A model generated the notes under the pieces. It saw only the letters and a program-made list of their open reading frames with translations. It was not told the origin of the DNA and ran no database searches. A program made the position numbers and the translations under genes. Source: Phormidesmis sp. (GTDB taxonomy: Bacteria; Cyanobacteriota; Cyanobacteriia; Leptolyngbyales; Leptolyngbyaceae). From it: 64,000 nucleotides of DNA. Location: assembly GCA_965248535.1 (NCBI GenBank), contig CBDFJR010000005.1:1920001-1984000 (forward strand). The letters run 5' to 3'. Shown in pieces: positions 53,639 through 64,000 of the stretch (position 1 is its first letter; each line of letters begins with the position of its first letter).

Positions 53639-54208
53639 TCAGTTTTGACTGGCTCTGCCCACGTTAAGAAACTGAACAGGAATGCGATCGCCCACTTTTA
53701 AGCCTAAATCAGTCGATCGCTGTCCGCGTAGCTCAATCACCTGATCAATCGCGTCACGAGTCGAGCCATAGACCGCACAGGGATCAGAGGTGCAAGGCGG
53801 CGCATTTACCGCAATCGCTTTGACCACTCCCCGATAGATAAACACCATGTCCAGATTGATCAAGGTGTTTTTCATCCAAAACTGGGTGGGTCGGGCAGGG
53901 CTAAAGACAAACAGCATCCCCCGATCGTCTGCCAGACTCGTGCGACCCATAAGGCCAATTTCTTGCTCTTGGGGGGTTTTAGCCACCTCTAGCTGAATCG
54001 CTTTGCCAGCGATCGTAGCTTGGGCGGCAATCGGCAAACTCTGCCCCAACGCTTTGTTAGCTTGCAAAAAGGGCGACTCGATCGCGGGCGTTGCCGACAT
54101 CGAAGCCGATGGCGCAGGAGAGCAGCCCATGAGCAAGAGACCCCACCCCAACCCGACCCATTGAGCACGGCGACTGAACCCAGATTGAGCAAGCTTATCC
54201 ACTCTCAT
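53639..54208 (-). CDS. DUF192 family lipoprotein
   Basis: GLMGR, GMLFVF, FWMKNTLINLDMVF, VIEL; lipobox LMGC. Confidence 0.88.
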   Translation of the reverse strand: MRVDKLAQSGFSRRAQWVGLGWGLLLMGCSPAPSASMSATPAIESPFLQANKALGQSLPIAAQATIAGKAIQLEVAKTPQEQEIGLMGRTSLADDRGMLFVFSPARPTQFWMKNTLINLDMVFIYRGVVKAIAVNAPPCTSDPCAVYGSTRDAIDQVIELRGQRSTDLGLKVGDRIPVQFLNVGRASQN

Positions 54209-54218
54209 TTTCCTTTAC

Positions 54219-54914
54219 CTACGCTTCTCTCAGCACATATCCTACGCCACGCACGGTCTGAATCAACCGCTTCTCGCCTTCGTCTTCGATCTTTAACCGC
54301 AGATAGCGAATGTAAACTTCAATCACGTTTGACTCGCCTACAAAGTCATAGCCCCAAACGCTTTCTAAGATCTGTTCTCGCGTCAGCACCTCCCGTGGGT
54401 GCTCCATTAAGCACTTGAGCAACTCAAATTCCTTCATCGTCAGGTCGATCGCACGAGCATTTCGCAAGGCTTGCCGAGTCGCCAGATCCAATACAAGGTC
54501 TCCAAATCTCAACTGCTCTGCGCCAGGAGCATCAACCTTGAGATAGAGCTTCACTAACTTGAGAAAATCGTCGCTCCGATAGGGCTTGAGAAAGTAGTCA
54601 TCGGCTCCAGCCTCTAAACAAGCCACCCGATCGTCTACGGCATCTCGTGACATTAATAGCAAAACAGGGGTTCTCATTCCCGTGCCGCGCAAGTGGTTGC
54701 AAAACGTCAGCCCCGATTCGCCGGGCAGCATCCGATCGACCACAATTAAAGCCGGGTGTCGCTCAGTGGCCTGACGCAAACCACTCGCCGCATCGTGGGT
54801 AACGATCGTCTCATATCCAGACTCTTGCAGGTCAGAACTGACGCTCTGGGCCAGCGTTTCGTCGGTTTCGATGATCAAAACGCAGGGGTTGTGGTCAAGG
54901 GTAGCAATACTCAT
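54219..54914 (-). CDS. nblR: OmpR-family response regulator NblR
   Basis: Atypical receiver (ETDETLA, LLLMSRD) with winged helix (ESNVIEVYIRYLR); adjacent to the NAD kinase as expected. Confidence 0.8.
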   Translation of the reverse strand: MSIATLDHNPCVLIIETDETLAQSVSSDLQESGYETIVTHDAASGLRQATERHPALIVVDRMLPGESGLTFCNHLRGTGMRTPVLLLMSRDAVDDRVACLEAGADDYFLKPYRSDDFLKLVKLYLKVDAPGAEQLRFGDLVLDLATRQALRNARAIDLTMKEFELLKCLMEHPREVLTREQILESVWGYDFVGESNVIEVYIRYLRLKIEDEGEKRLIQTVRGVGYVLREA

Positions 54915-54981
54915 AAAACCTGGGGAATAAAGGGTTTTAATCTCAGCACTGTTTTAGCACGTCTGGCCATCAGCCGTTTGA

Positions 54982-55884
54982 TTAAGTGGGTTTTGCAATG
55001 TGAGGCAAGCCCCATCCCAGTTTTTCGCGCAGCAGATGAAAAAACTCCGGCGGGCGAAGGCGCACAAAACGGGCCAGGTAGGGCGATCGCTGCACGCGCA
55101 CGCAGTCATCGGGCAACACATAGCATCCAGCGTTGCCATCAGCCGTCATCACCAAACGATTAGGGTTAGCCGGAAAAATAGTCACAGGCTCACTGTTGGC
55201 AAAAACTAGGGCCCGCGAAGCCAGTGAATGCGGACAAATGGGCACCAAGATCATGACGGGAACCCCAGGCGTGATCACCGGGCCGCCTGCCGAGAGTGAA
55301 TAAGCCGTCGAGCCAGTGGGCGTAGACAAGATAATGCCATCGGCCGCGATGTCTACGCGAGTGTGCTTACCAATCTCAACCTCAAAGTGGCACATGCTGG
55401 TCAGCGGCTCTCGATGCAGCACCATCTCATTGAGGCAAAGCGCTTCCCAGAGAACGGTGTGTTCTCGAAAGACCTGCACTTGGAGCATAGTGCGCTCTTC
55501 GACCTCATAGTGACCTGCCAGAACGGACTCGATCGCGTCTGGCAAATGCTCTAGCAAGGTTTCTGTGAGAAACCCCATGTGCCCAGTATTGATGGCCAAA
55601 ATCGGCACACTGCAGGGAGCCACTTGCCGAAAGGCCGATAAAACAGTGCCATCGCCTCCCAAGACCACCGCAAAGCTCATCGCGTCATCAAACCCTGGCG
55701 GCGATAACCGATCGATAGGCGTGTGACAAACTGGACTGCCCGGAGTGGAGTAGCCCAAAATTCCTCCCGCTCCAGTGGCCAGAATGACTTCCCAGCCGCG
55801 TGAGGTCAGCTTGTCTTTTAGCTCCTCAGCCGTTTGACAAGCGATCGGTTTGTCGTCGTTGTAAATAATGCCAGCTTTAGGCAC
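54982..55884 (-). CDS. nadK: NAD(+) kinase
   Basis: [30 protein letters not shown]. Confidence 0.93.
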   Translation of the reverse strand: MPKAGIIYNDDKPIACQTAEELKDKLTSRGWEVILATGAGGILGYSTPGSPVCHTPIDRLSPPGFDDAMSFAVVLGGDGTVLSAFRQVAPCSVPILAINTGHMGFLTETLLEHLPDAIESVLAGHYEVEERTMLQVQVFREHTVLWEALCLNEMVLHREPLTSMCHFEVEIGKHTRVDIAADGIILSTPTGSTAYSLSAGGPVITPGVPVMILVPICPHSLASRALVFANSEPVTIFPANPNRLVMTADGNAGCYVLPDDCVRVQRSPYLARFVRLRPPEFFHLLREKLGWGLPHIAKPT

Positions 55885-55995
55885 GCGCAAAAGTCCGTAT
55901 CAGAGCAGAAAAACGAATATTTGGGACTATAACACCCTCTGTGAGAGTGATGAGGTTTAAATTTGAGTAACTCAACGCTCACCACTCAAGGCGAC

Positions 55996-56988
55996 CTAAA
56001 ACCGTGGATAGGTTCGGCCGTCTTTGGCAGTTGGCTTTTTCTTGTTCTTGATTTGAGCCTGAGCGACTTCGACTTCTTTCAACTTTTTAAGAATTCGGCC
56101 GAAGTAGTCTTGCATGTAGGCTTCTAGCGTCGTCATCTCTGACGGGTCTAGTTGAAAGGTTTTATAAACCTCATCCATCGGGGCGTTGAGCGGCTTGCCC
56201 GTGGCCACAACTTCTGTAAAAGAGAGGCGATCGGCGATATTCCACGTCCACTGAAAGAAGCGGGCGAACCCTGCAAAAGCTCGCAGCAAGCCGATCGGCA
56301 TCCGCGAAACTCTTGCCTGCTTGCCAGACATGCGCTCACACAGACGAATAATCTCGTAGGCACCCCAGGCTCTTGACCCCACCACCGGAAAGGATTGCTG
56401 CTCAGTTTCAGGAATTTTGAGCGCTTGCACCGCAAACTTAGCGATGTCTTGCGTATCCATATAGGCGATCGGAGAGGTGTCACCCATCACCCAAACCGCT
56501 TGCCCTTCTAAAATCGGAATGGCGTATTGACCGATTAAACCCTGCAAAAACCCGCAGGGACGCAGGATGGTGTAATTTAACCCTGACTCTGCTAACAGCT
56601 TTTCGGTGCAGGCTTTGATCTCCATCAGCGGCACTTTGGGAAACTTTTCAGCATCCAAAATCGAGAAGAAAATGTAGCGATCGATGCCAGCAGTTTTAGC
56701 GGCTCGAATCAGATTTCCTTTGCCTTCCCAATCTACTTGTCTAATGCTGAGAGAATCGGTGGCGCGGGCGGTTGCCGCATCAATAATAGCCGTCACGCCT
56801 TCTAGGACTGACGGCAGGCTCTCAGGGTCACAAATATTGCCCGTTACTAACTCTGCGCCCCACTCCTTCAAGAAGGCAGCTTTCTTAAGACTCCGCACCA
56901 AACACCGCACCTCGTACCCCTCATCTAGGGCCCGACGAGTCACCTGTCTTCCTAAAGTGCCAGTGGCACCCACAATTAATAAACTCAT
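55996..56988 (-). CDS. ycf39: Ycf39 SDR/NmrA-like protein
   Basis: MSLLIVGATGTLGRQV, FLKEWGAEL, NIADRLSF. Confidence 0.88.
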   Translation of the reverse strand: MSLLIVGATGTLGRQVTRRALDEGYEVRCLVRSLKKAAFLKEWGAELVTGNICDPESLPSVLEGVTAIIDAATARATDSLSIRQVDWEGKGNLIRAAKTAGIDRYIFFSILDAEKFPKVPLMEIKACTEKLLAESGLNYTILRPCGFLQGLIGQYAIPILEGQAVWVMGDTSPIAYMDTQDIAKFAVQALKIPETEQQSFPVVGSRAWGAYEIIRLCERMSGKQARVSRMPIGLLRAFAGFARFFQWTWNIADRLSFTEVVATGKPLNAPMDEVYKTFQLDPSEMTTLEAYMQDYFGRILKKLKEVEVAQAQIKNKKKPTAKDGRTYPRF

Positions 56989-57214
56989 GAGGAATTCGTG
57001 ACGAATTGTTAACTTTTTGTCAGATTCTATCAGAAATTTTGACCAAACGGCGAAACTTTCCGATTCAGAGGAGTTTCTCAAGGGTGGGCAGCGATCGCCC
57101 CTAAGAAACCCAGGCGATCGGTCAAACCTGGATTGCCACACGGTCTGGTAAGCTACCCTAAAAGCAGTCTTAGCTCTGCCCGATCGCTTAAGTGATTTAG
57201 CTTATCGCCCTATT

Positions 57215-57631
57215 ATGAGTCACTCAAATGCCACTCCTGCCAGTGATCGAGTTGATCAAAGCCAACCCTCTGAGAATCTGAGTTGCACCATTCAGCATCC
57301 GGTTGATCTGAGTCAGGTGCGCCAGTTGCACCGAGATCTGATCAGCGTCGAAAAAGCCCAGCGAATGGCAGAGTTTTTTGCACTGCTAGGAGATGCCAAT
57401 CGGTTGCGAATCTTGTCAGCTCTGGCTGCTCAAGAACTGTGCATCTGTGATCTCGCTGCCGTCGTCAAAATGACTGAATCGGCCGTGTCTCATCAACTGC
57501 GATCGCTCAGAGCCATGCGTTTAGTGGGCCATCGCAAGCAAGGACGCAATGTTTTTTATTCTCTAAAAGATCATCATGTGGTTAACCTCTATCGAGAAGT
57601 GGCCGAACATCTGGATGAGTCAGACGACTGA
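57215..57631 (+). CDS. ArsR/SmtB-family metal-sensing repressor
   Basis: [18 protein letters not shown], alpha5 site [17 protein letters not shown]. Confidence 0.9.
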   Translation: MSHSNATPASDRVDQSQPSENLSCTIQHPVDLSQVRQLHRDLISVEKAQRMAEFFALLGDANRLRILSALAAQELCICDLAAVVKMTESAVSHQLRSLRAMRLVGHRKQGRNVFYSLKDHHVVNLYREVAEHLDESDD

Positions 57632-57687
57632 GCCAGGGCAAAGGGTCAAAGCAAAAGTGTCTCGCTTTTCCCCTTTTCTCTCTGCTT

Positions 57688-57792
57688 TTATTCTTCGCCA
57701 CCCTGAATTTTGAGCAGCAAAAACCCCAGGGCTAACCCGAAGGGAATCAAAGTGAACGCTAGAATAGCAGCGTTGAAGATCTCTCCAGACAT
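57688..57792 (-). CDS. petM: cytochrome b6f subunit 7 (PetM); absent from the ORF track
   Basis: MSGEIFNAAILAFTLIPFGLALGFLLLKIQGGEE read by hand; GGAGG RBS. Confidence 0.93.
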   Translation of the reverse strand: MSGEIFNAAILAFTLIPFGLALGFLLLKIQGGEE

Positions 57793-57985
57793 TGATCGAA
57801 TCCTCCTAACTTGAATTTTATGGGTCGATCGCTCTGACCCTCGGCTTGTCAGCAGATGTGGTTACTGAATCAGTAGACCTGCAAAAAGCATTGTAAACCA
57901 GTTCAGTAGCGGGTTCTCTGCAAAGGGCCGAGATGGAGAAGTTTTGAGCTTGTCTGATGGCGCTGTCCTTTAGGGTTTCGTCTTT

Positions 57986-59020
57986 ATGAATCGTGTTCGT
58001 TTGGTGATTCCGGTCGGTGACCCGGCTGGCATCGGCGCAGAAGTGACCTTAAAAGCGTTGGCTGATGCATCGGTGAGTGATGGCGCTGAGGTGACCCTCG
58101 TTGGCAGTCAGGCTCATCTGCAAGAGACCTACGATCGCTTGGTGGCAACGTGTGACCTAGCTAATCCTGAGTGGCTCACTGTGTTGGATGTTCCCTTAGA
58201 GCAACCCGTTAGTTTAGGGATGGGCAATGCCGCAAGCGGAGCGGCAAGCTTTCAGTATTTAGACACGGCGATCGCTCACACGTTAGCCGGACAGTTTGAG
58301 GCGATTGTGACGGGCCCGATCGCTAAGTCTGCCTGGAAAGCTGCCGGACATCTCTATCCAGGACAGACCGAGTTGCTGGCAGAACGGGCTAATGTGAAGC
58401 GGTTTGGGATGTTGTTTGTGGCCCGATCGCCTCACACAGGCTGGTGGCTGCGAACGCTGTTGGCAACGACTCATATTCCGCTACGGCAGGTGGCTGACGC
58501 GCTCACGCCAGACTTAATGACTCTCAAGCTAGACCTGCTGATTGACTGCCTAGAGCAGGCGTTTGGCATTGAGCACCCGCACATTGCGATCGCCGGGCTA
58601 AACCCCCACAGTGGCGAACAAGGGCAACTCGGACGAGAAGAACATGATTGGCTGCTCGGCTGGTTAGAGCAGATGCGCGATCGCTTCCCTCAAGCCCGAC
58701 TTGATGGGCTGATTCCACCCGACACGCTGTGGGTAAAACCAGGGCAGGCCTGGTATGGGGCAAACCCGCCCGTGGTGGCTCACGATGGATATCTAGCGCT
58801 CTATCATGACCAAGGGTTAATTCCGGTTAAGCTGATGGCTTTCGATCGGGCGGTCAACACCTCGATCGGGCTACCGTTTGTTCGCACGTCTCCTGATCAC
58901 GGAACCGCTTTTGACATTGCTGAAAAAGGGGTTGCTGATGCCGCCAGCATGAAGGCAGCGATTCAGCTTGCGATCGCTCTGTCCAAGCAAAAAAGAGGGC
59001 TTGCACCCCTTCAGGCTTAA
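57986..59020 (+). CDS. pdxA: 4-hydroxythreonine-4-phosphate dehydrogenase
   Basis: [40 protein letters not shown]. Confidence 0.96.
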   Translation: MNRVRLVIPVGDPAGIGAEVTLKALADASVSDGAEVTLVGSQAHLQETYDRLVATCDLANPEWLTVLDVPLEQPVSLGMGNAASGAASFQYLDTAIAHTLAGQFEAIVTGPIAKSAWKAAGHLYPGQTELLAERANVKRFGMLFVARSPHTGWWLRTLLATTHIPLRQVADALTPDLMTLKLDLLIDCLEQAFGIEHPHIAIAGLNPHSGEQGQLGREEHDWLLGWLEQMRDRFPQARLDGLIPPDTLWVKPGQAWYGANPPVVAHDGYLALYHDQGLIPVKLMAFDRAVNTSIGLPFVRTSPDHGTAFDIAEKGVADAASMKAAIQLAIALSKQKRGLAPLQA

Positions 59021-59133
59021 ACTAGTTTTCTCTGTCTGATAGAGTCCCTGTCTAAAAAGTTAGCACTTGATGACATTTGAAACAGTTCTTAATATAATCG
59101 AGAAGAGTTCACCGCGAAAATAGAAATTATTCA

Positions 59134-59147
59134 GTATAGGTCACTAC
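59134..59147. promoter_or_regulatory. possible NtcA box (GTA-N8-TAC)
   Basis: GTATAGGTCACTAC about 90 bp upstream of the DUF4327 gene; spacing to TATACT is non-canonical (27 nt). Confidence 0.3.
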
Positions 59148-59234
59148 AAAGCGCGATTGTAACAGCCATATGACTATACTTTTCTGACATTTTTAAGGTT
59201 TGGTTCAATTTACGTCACTCGTTGCAGGAGGACA

Positions 59235-59459
59235 ATGATGGTTCAACTAGCACAATACTCTCTAACCATGATTCAAGATGAGGTTCGCCAACTCGTAGAA
59301 AAAGGAGTGGTCAACCGCCAGCAGCCAATCTACAGTCTTTGCAAGCACATTCCGTCTCGCGAATGGGTTTGCATGGAGTGTGAGCTAGAAAAATGTGACT
59401 TTTTGCTGCGCGATCGCATTGGCGATCTCATGGGTCACGAAATTTGGGACAACGACTAG
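59235..59459 (+). CDS. DUF4327 family protein
   Basis: IQDEVRQLV...QPIYSLC...LLRDRIGDL...WDND; AGGAGG RBS. Confidence 0.8.
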   Translation: MMVQLAQYSLTMIQDEVRQLVEKGVVNRQQPIYSLCKHIPSREWVCMECELEKCDFLLRDRIGDLMGHEIWDND

Positions 59460-59486
59460 AAGGGTTTGAGGGCCGTCGCTCAACCC

Positions 59487-60338
59487 TCAAACTTCCTCTA
59501 AGCTGCCTGAAAACACTCGCGCTGCTGGGCCCGTCATCTCAATTCGCCCATCGGCTGCCCACTCAATGTCTAGACAGCCACCCGGTAGCTCGATCGTAGC
59601 CCGTCGATCGCACCTGCCCGTCAGCACCCCCGCCACGAGCGATGCACAGGCCCCCGTACCGCACGCTAAGGTAATGCCAGCGCCTCGCTCCCACACGCGC
59701 ATTTTGAGATAGTCCGATCGCACCACCTGAATAAACTCAGTGTTGATGCGCTGCGGAAAAGCAGGATGATGCTCAAACTGTGGCCCAATCTGCTCTAAAG
59801 AGATGGCCGAGACATCCTCCACAAACGTGATGCAGTGCGGGTTTCCCATGCTGACACACGTCACTTGCCAGGTTTGACCTGCCACCGCTAGAGATTGGTC
59901 AATAACCTTATGATCCGCGTCGGTTAGAGTGGTCGGAATTTCTGCGGCTAAAAGGCGCGGCGCGCCCATGTCAACCGTGACCTGCCCGCTGCCTGCTAGC
60001 TTGAGCGTGATCACCCCTGCCAGAGTGTGAATCAGATAAGTCTGCTTTGCCACCCCCGTCTCTGCGGCCTCAAGCTCTGCCAAAAACCGACCTAGGCAGC
60101 GAATGCCATTGCCACACATTTCTGGCTCTGACCCATCAGAGTTAAAAATTCGCATCGTGTAGTCGGTGCCTGCTTGCCCAGCTAAAGCAAAGATCACGCC
60201 ATCTGCGCCGATGCCAAAGTGGCGATCGCAGAGCTTAACCGCTTGCTCTGGAGTCAAACAAGGCTCAGTGTCCGCACGATGATCGACCAAAATAAAATCG
60301 TTGCCGAGTCCGTGATATTTGACAAATTCGAGGCGCAT
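59487..60338 (-). CDS. dapF: diaminopimelate epimerase
   Basis: [36 protein letters not shown]. Confidence 0.97.
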   Translation of the reverse strand: MRLEFVKYHGLGNDFILVDHRADTEPCLTPEQAVKLCDRHFGIGADGVIFALAGQAGTDYTMRIFNSDGSEPEMCGNGIRCLGRFLAELEAAETGVAKQTYLIHTLAGVITLKLAGSGQVTVDMGAPRLLAAEIPTTLTDADHKVIDQSLAVAGQTWQVTCVSMGNPHCITFVEDVSAISLEQIGPQFEHHPAFPQRINTEFIQVVRSDYLKMRVWERGAGITLACGTGACASLVAGVLTGRCDRRATIELPGGCLDIEWAADGRIEMTGPAARVFSGSLEEV

Positions 60339-60458
60339 AAGATCGATCCGCAGAATGTATAGAGTGATGGCCGTTGTGGAACTATAAAGATGAGGTCAGC
60401 AGATGATACTCTCACTGCTAGCGCTGATTAGTTTAAGAAAGGAAGCAAGGAACTTAGC

Positions 60459-60674
60459 ATGACTATTGAACTAGACACAGGACTGCCCAGCATTCGTCAA
60501 ATTCAAACTGCTATTCGTGAAGAAAAAGAAGTCGAGATGAAACTCGTCACGGGCGATTTGCTAACCGGAAAATTGCGCTGGCAAGACCACCATTGTATCT
60601 GTGTGTTGGATCAGTATGACCAGCCTGTGATCGTCTGGCGACAAGCGATCGTTTATGTCAAACCTAAAGCCTAA
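60459..60674 (+). CDS. hfq: cyanobacterial Hfq
   Basis: TGLPSIRQIQ...GKLRWQD...WRQAIVYVKP; divergent from dapF. Confidence 0.9.
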   Translation: MTIELDTGLPSIRQIQTAIREEKEVEMKLVTGDLLTGKLRWQDHHCICVLDQYDQPVIVWRQAIVYVKPKA

Positions 60675-60678
60675 AGTG

Positions 60679-62991
60679 CTAGGAGTCTTCTAGCGCTTCG
60701 CTGCTTTGAGAAACTACCGAAATGGGTAAGATCGAAAGTTCAAGCTTGGGTGAAAGTGAAGTCGTCGCCTGATTTAGAGCGTGAAAACTTCCGCACAGCA
60801 GCAAGCGATCGCCCATTTGCACCTCTATATCATCTTCAGGAAACCGCAAGAATTTGTTTTCTCGCCGGATGGCCTGAATCTGAATTCCATATTGCCGCCG
60901 CCAGTCTAACTCAGCCAGGGTTTTGCAGACGATCGCGCTCCCTTCGAGCACCTGTATCCACTGACACGAAGCATTTTCAGCCGGAACCGCCGCTTCTCCT
61001 TTGGCTAACTCATCAAAGGCGGCTAACTCGTTCGGTTCGCCTACAATCAGCAAGCGATCGCCCTGCTCTAGTGTCGTGGTGGCATCGGGGTAGTCTAACT
61101 CAGCCCCACCCGCCCGCCGAATGGCCATCAACGTCACCCCCGTTAACCGTCGGATATCTGTTTCTTCTAGCGTCATTTCTGTGAGCGGAGATTCTTCAGG
61201 CAGCGGATACCATTTGCTATTCATCTCCTCGGTGGCAGCTTTTAACTCGCGAGAGATCTCAGCAGACGGGCGCTCTGGGCGAAATTCCAAATAGTGCGAG
61301 TTGCGAATTTGCTGCACCTCTCGCTGAATAGCAGGCAACGGCAGCCCTACCCCATTCAGCAGATGGGCCGATAATTCTAAACTGGCTTCAAATTCTGGAT
61401 GGACGACTTCTCTAGCGCCCAACTGATAGAGCAATTCAATATCTTTACCCTGATTGGCCCGAACGACAATATCTAGATCGGGGGCGATTTCTAGAGCACG
61501 TTTGAGGCAGAGACGAGTGCTCATCGGGTCGGGCAGGGCGATCGCCATTCCCAGCGCGTGGGCAACGCCCGCTTTTTCTAAAACATGGAGACTGGCTGCA
61601 TTGCCATAAATATAAGGCAGCCCAGCCTCTCTAACTTGCTGAATTCGGCTCTCAGACTGGTCAACGACCACCACGGGATAGTTGCGATCCTGCAAGAGGC
61701 GCACGATATTTCGTCCAATTTGCCCATAGCCACAGACCACCACATGATTTTGGGTGGGCAGGTCGTCGGCGATCGCCAGGGGCACATCGCTTTCTTCGAG
61801 ATATTTTTTGAGAAATGGCAGCGACTCCGCCCAGGTAAACAGTCGAGGCACCAATCGCAGCACAAAAGGGGTCAGCACTAAAGTCACTGCCGTGGTGCCT
61901 AAAATCAGCAGATAGACGCGGCGAGAAACCAGCCCTAAAGACTGTCCTTCACTGGCTAACACAAACGAAAACTCTCCGATCTGAGCCAGCCCCAGCCCAG
62001 CCATCAGCGCGGTTTTAAGAGGATATCGAAACAGCCTCACCAAGGGAGTGATCAGCAGGAATTTGCCGATAAAGACAATCGTTACCAACCCTAAAATCAA
62101 CTCCAGATTATTCCAGAGAAAGAAGGGATCGATCAGCATCCCGATCGACGCAAAAAACAGTGACGCAAAAATGTCGCGCAGTGGCTCCACATAGGTGAGA
62201 GTCTGATCGGCATATTCCGCTTCTGAGATCATTAACCCGGCGACGAAAGCACCCATCTCGATCGACAGTCCTAGATGCTCGGTTAGCAGCGCAATGCCCA
62301 AACAGATTGCTACAACGCCTAGCAAAAATAGCTCCCGGCTCTCAGTTTTGGCCAGCAGTCTCAGCAGGGGCGGAATCACCCAAATTCCAGCCGCTACGGC
62401 TCCGAGGGCAAAAAGCCCGGTCTGCATCAAGGCCCAACCAACCGCCAGCCCGATCTCTCCTACAGGTTTGTCAAGCGCCGGAAGCACTGCCAGCATCAGA
62501 CCCAAGGCTAAGTCTTGCACCACCAGAATTCCTAGCATCACCTGTCCGTGAGGGGTGCCCGTCTCGTTGCGCTCCATTAAACATTTCAGCACAACCGCAG
62601 TCGAAGACAGAGAGAGAATCGCCCCCAAGAAAACGCCCTGAGCCGGAGACGTAACCCAGCCCAGTCCAAGGGATACTAGTGCTGTCACCAAAATCGTCAG
62701 CGTGATCTGAAGTCCGCCGCCCCCCAAGCTGATGGCCTTAACTTTTTTTAACTCTGAAAAAGAAAACTCAACCCCCAGTGCAAACAGCAGAAAGGCAACT
62801 CCAAACTGCGCCAGGGTTTCGACTTGCACAATTTCTTTGATCAGCCCTAGCCCTGTGGGGCCAACCACCACCCCTGCCAGCAGATAGCCTAATAGAACAG
62901 GTTGCTTGAGCAATGCAGCCAGCAAGCCTCCTGCGGCAGCAGCAGCCAAGACCGAGACGAGATCGACAATTAGCCGGAAATCTTCTTGCAC
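60679..62991 (-). CDS. cation:proton antiporter (CPA2) with TrkA-N and two TrkA-C domains
   Basis: SSTAVV, VVQD, QIGEFSFV, GYGQIG RCK motif. Confidence 0.9.
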   Translation of the reverse strand: MQEDFRLIVDLVSVLAAAAAGGLLAALLKQPVLLGYLLAGVVVGPTGLGLIKEIVQVETLAQFGVAFLLFALGVEFSFSELKKVKAISLGGGGLQITLTILVTALVSLGLGWVTSPAQGVFLGAILSLSSTAVVLKCLMERNETGTPHGQVMLGILVVQDLALGLMLAVLPALDKPVGEIGLAVGWALMQTGLFALGAVAAGIWVIPPLLRLLAKTESRELFLLGVVAICLGIALLTEHLGLSIEMGAFVAGLMISEAEYADQTLTYVEPLRDIFASLFFASIGMLIDPFFLWNNLELILGLVTIVFIGKFLLITPLVRLFRYPLKTALMAGLGLAQIGEFSFVLASEGQSLGLVSRRVYLLILGTTAVTLVLTPFVLRLVPRLFTWAESLPFLKKYLEESDVPLAIADDLPTQNHVVVCGYGQIGRNIVRLLQDRNYPVVVVDQSESRIQQVREAGLPYIYGNAASLHVLEKAGVAHALGMAIALPDPMSTRLCLKRALEIAPDLDIVVRANQGKDIELLYQLGAREVVHPEFEASLELSAHLLNGVGLPLPAIQREVQQIRNSHYLEFRPERPSAEISRELKAATEEMNSKWYPLPEESPLTEMTLEETDIRRLTGVTLMAIRRAGGAELDYPDATTTLEQGDRLLIVGEPNELAAFDELAKGEAAVPAENASCQWIQVLEGSAIVCKTLAELDWRRQYGIQIQAIRRENKFLRFPEDDIEVQMGDRLLLCGSFHALNQATTSLSPKLELSILPISVVSQSSEALEDS

Positions 62992-63233
62992 GGGTTCCCT
63001 AAAGATTAGAAGAAATATTACAGTTTATAAATTTTAGAATACTAAGTTTTCAGGGAGTTTGTTAAGGGAATCATAAAACAGAGGGTAATCTCTCGACGAT
63101 CGCGACCCCCTTGCACAAACTGCATAACTTTTTATGATTCTGCATACCTGACGTGTTGTTTGACACAGAATCTAGGGCAGAATGGTTCGGGGGTTGTCTA
63201 TTCAAACTGCTGCTTGGAGTTTACAAAGGCGCT

Positions 63234-63779
63234 ATGAGCATAGTAAAAATTGTTGAACAAGCCTTACAAGACGGCTATTTGACACCAGCTATGGAAGCTG
63301 AGGTGGGGCGCATTTGTGATGCAGCCTCAGAACTGTTGATCGAAGAGTATATGGCTTTAGATCGATTGATGGGAGCGCTGCTCACAGGCGAGGTGGTAGC
63401 AGTTCCCCGGAAGCAATTTATCAACGTGATGGAAGAATTAGTGTTGACGGAGGCGATCGCCCGCGTGGCGGAGATCGAAGCGACGAGCGATCGCACCTTA
63501 GATCTCGGCGATATTGCCGCTTATGCACTCAATCGCTTATTGCCCCTCTATGCCACGACAGAAGAAGGTGCGGTCTATCAGCGTCAACGAGCCAAAGAAG
63601 AACTGCAAGGGTTAATTGCTCAACAGGTCGGTGAGGCGATCGCCCGCAACCTCGATCGTCCCGAATTCTTTCCTGAGCGGCAAGCGATCGGCAAAAGCTC
63701 AAAAGACGAAATCTTGTCGCAAGTCAGCACGTTGCTGCAAGCGTATGCGCCTAGCTTTGAGTCGGAGCCAACTCGATAG
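63234..63779 (+). CDS. comFB: ComFB-family protein
   Basis: NVMEELV...DIAAYALNRLLPLYATTEEG. Confidence 0.82.
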   Translation: MSIVKIVEQALQDGYLTPAMEAEVGRICDAASELLIEEYMALDRLMGALLTGEVVAVPRKQFINVMEELVLTEAIARVAEIEATSDRTLDLGDIAAYALNRLLPLYATTEEGAVYQRQRAKEELQGLIAQQVGEAIARNLDRPEFFPERQAIGKSSKDEILSQVSTLLQAYAPSFESEPTR

Positions 63780-63803
63780 TCAACCGTTTTGTCTATGCAT
63801 CCT

Positions 63804-63833
63804 GAAGATGGGGGCTTAAGCCCCTTCTTTTTT
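63804..63833 (+). terminator. probable terminator between convergent genes
   Basis: GGGGC-TTAA-GCCCC stem with GAAGA/TCTT flanks and a T-run. Confidence 0.6.
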
Positions 63834-63851
63834 GCATTTTTTAAGGATCAG

Positions 63852-64000
63852 CTACGGCCTTACCGTGACGGGGGTTCCGGTAGAGATTTGCCTGTATAGT
63901 TTGCCAATATCCGAGTTTCTCATTCTCAAGCAACCATGAGAGACGGGTTGCCCAACCAGTTGTTCGTCGTCGGTGCCATGAAAGCCAATGAGCAGGTTTC
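63852..64000 (-). CDS. L,D-transpeptidase C-terminus (partial, runs off window)
   Basis: IGFHGT...SHGCLRM...GTPVTVRP* read by hand. Confidence 0.85.
   Translation of the reverse strand, partial: NLLIGFHGTDDEQLVGQPVSHGCLRMRNSDIGKLYRQISTGTPVTVRP

Overview
Cyanobacterial chromosomal segment: dense HIP1 GCGATCGC octamers, split rpoC1/rpoC2, and petM, ycf39, nblR and cyanobacterial hfq. Most of the window is core genome: rplU-rpmA, hemB, aroE-hisD, rpsT-tatD-rpoB-rpoC1-rpoC2, an osmoprotectant ABC transporter, Wza plus GT4 genes, nadK, pdxA, dapF and comFB. There are four accessory zones. (1) An AT-rich glycosyltransferase cluster (1-5136). (2) A DUF4331-TPR-hypothetical-His-rich Ni/Co permease operon behind an ECF-like promoter (6155-10763). 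(3) A 3.9-kb islet between rpmA and hemB, bounded by perfect 36-bp direct repeats ending in HIP1. It holds an integrase-less integron-like unit: an attI-like site with a phased 42-bp array of inverted boxes, a two-gene cassette (methyltransferase-like + AlkB), and an attC site interrupted by an ORF-less group IIC intron at the canonical IIC-attC position. (4) A defence-like zone (43537-47880) with a direct-repeat-flanked PIN toxin-antitoxin pair, a decayed yefM-yoeB pair, a NACHT NTPase with a hexamer microsatellite, and a 42-bp palindrome-bearing tandem array. Single-base indels, mostly in homopolymers, break essential genes (rpoC2, aroE), so frameshifts here are probably sequencing errors. 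All family assignments come from recognising motifs by eye, not from database searches.
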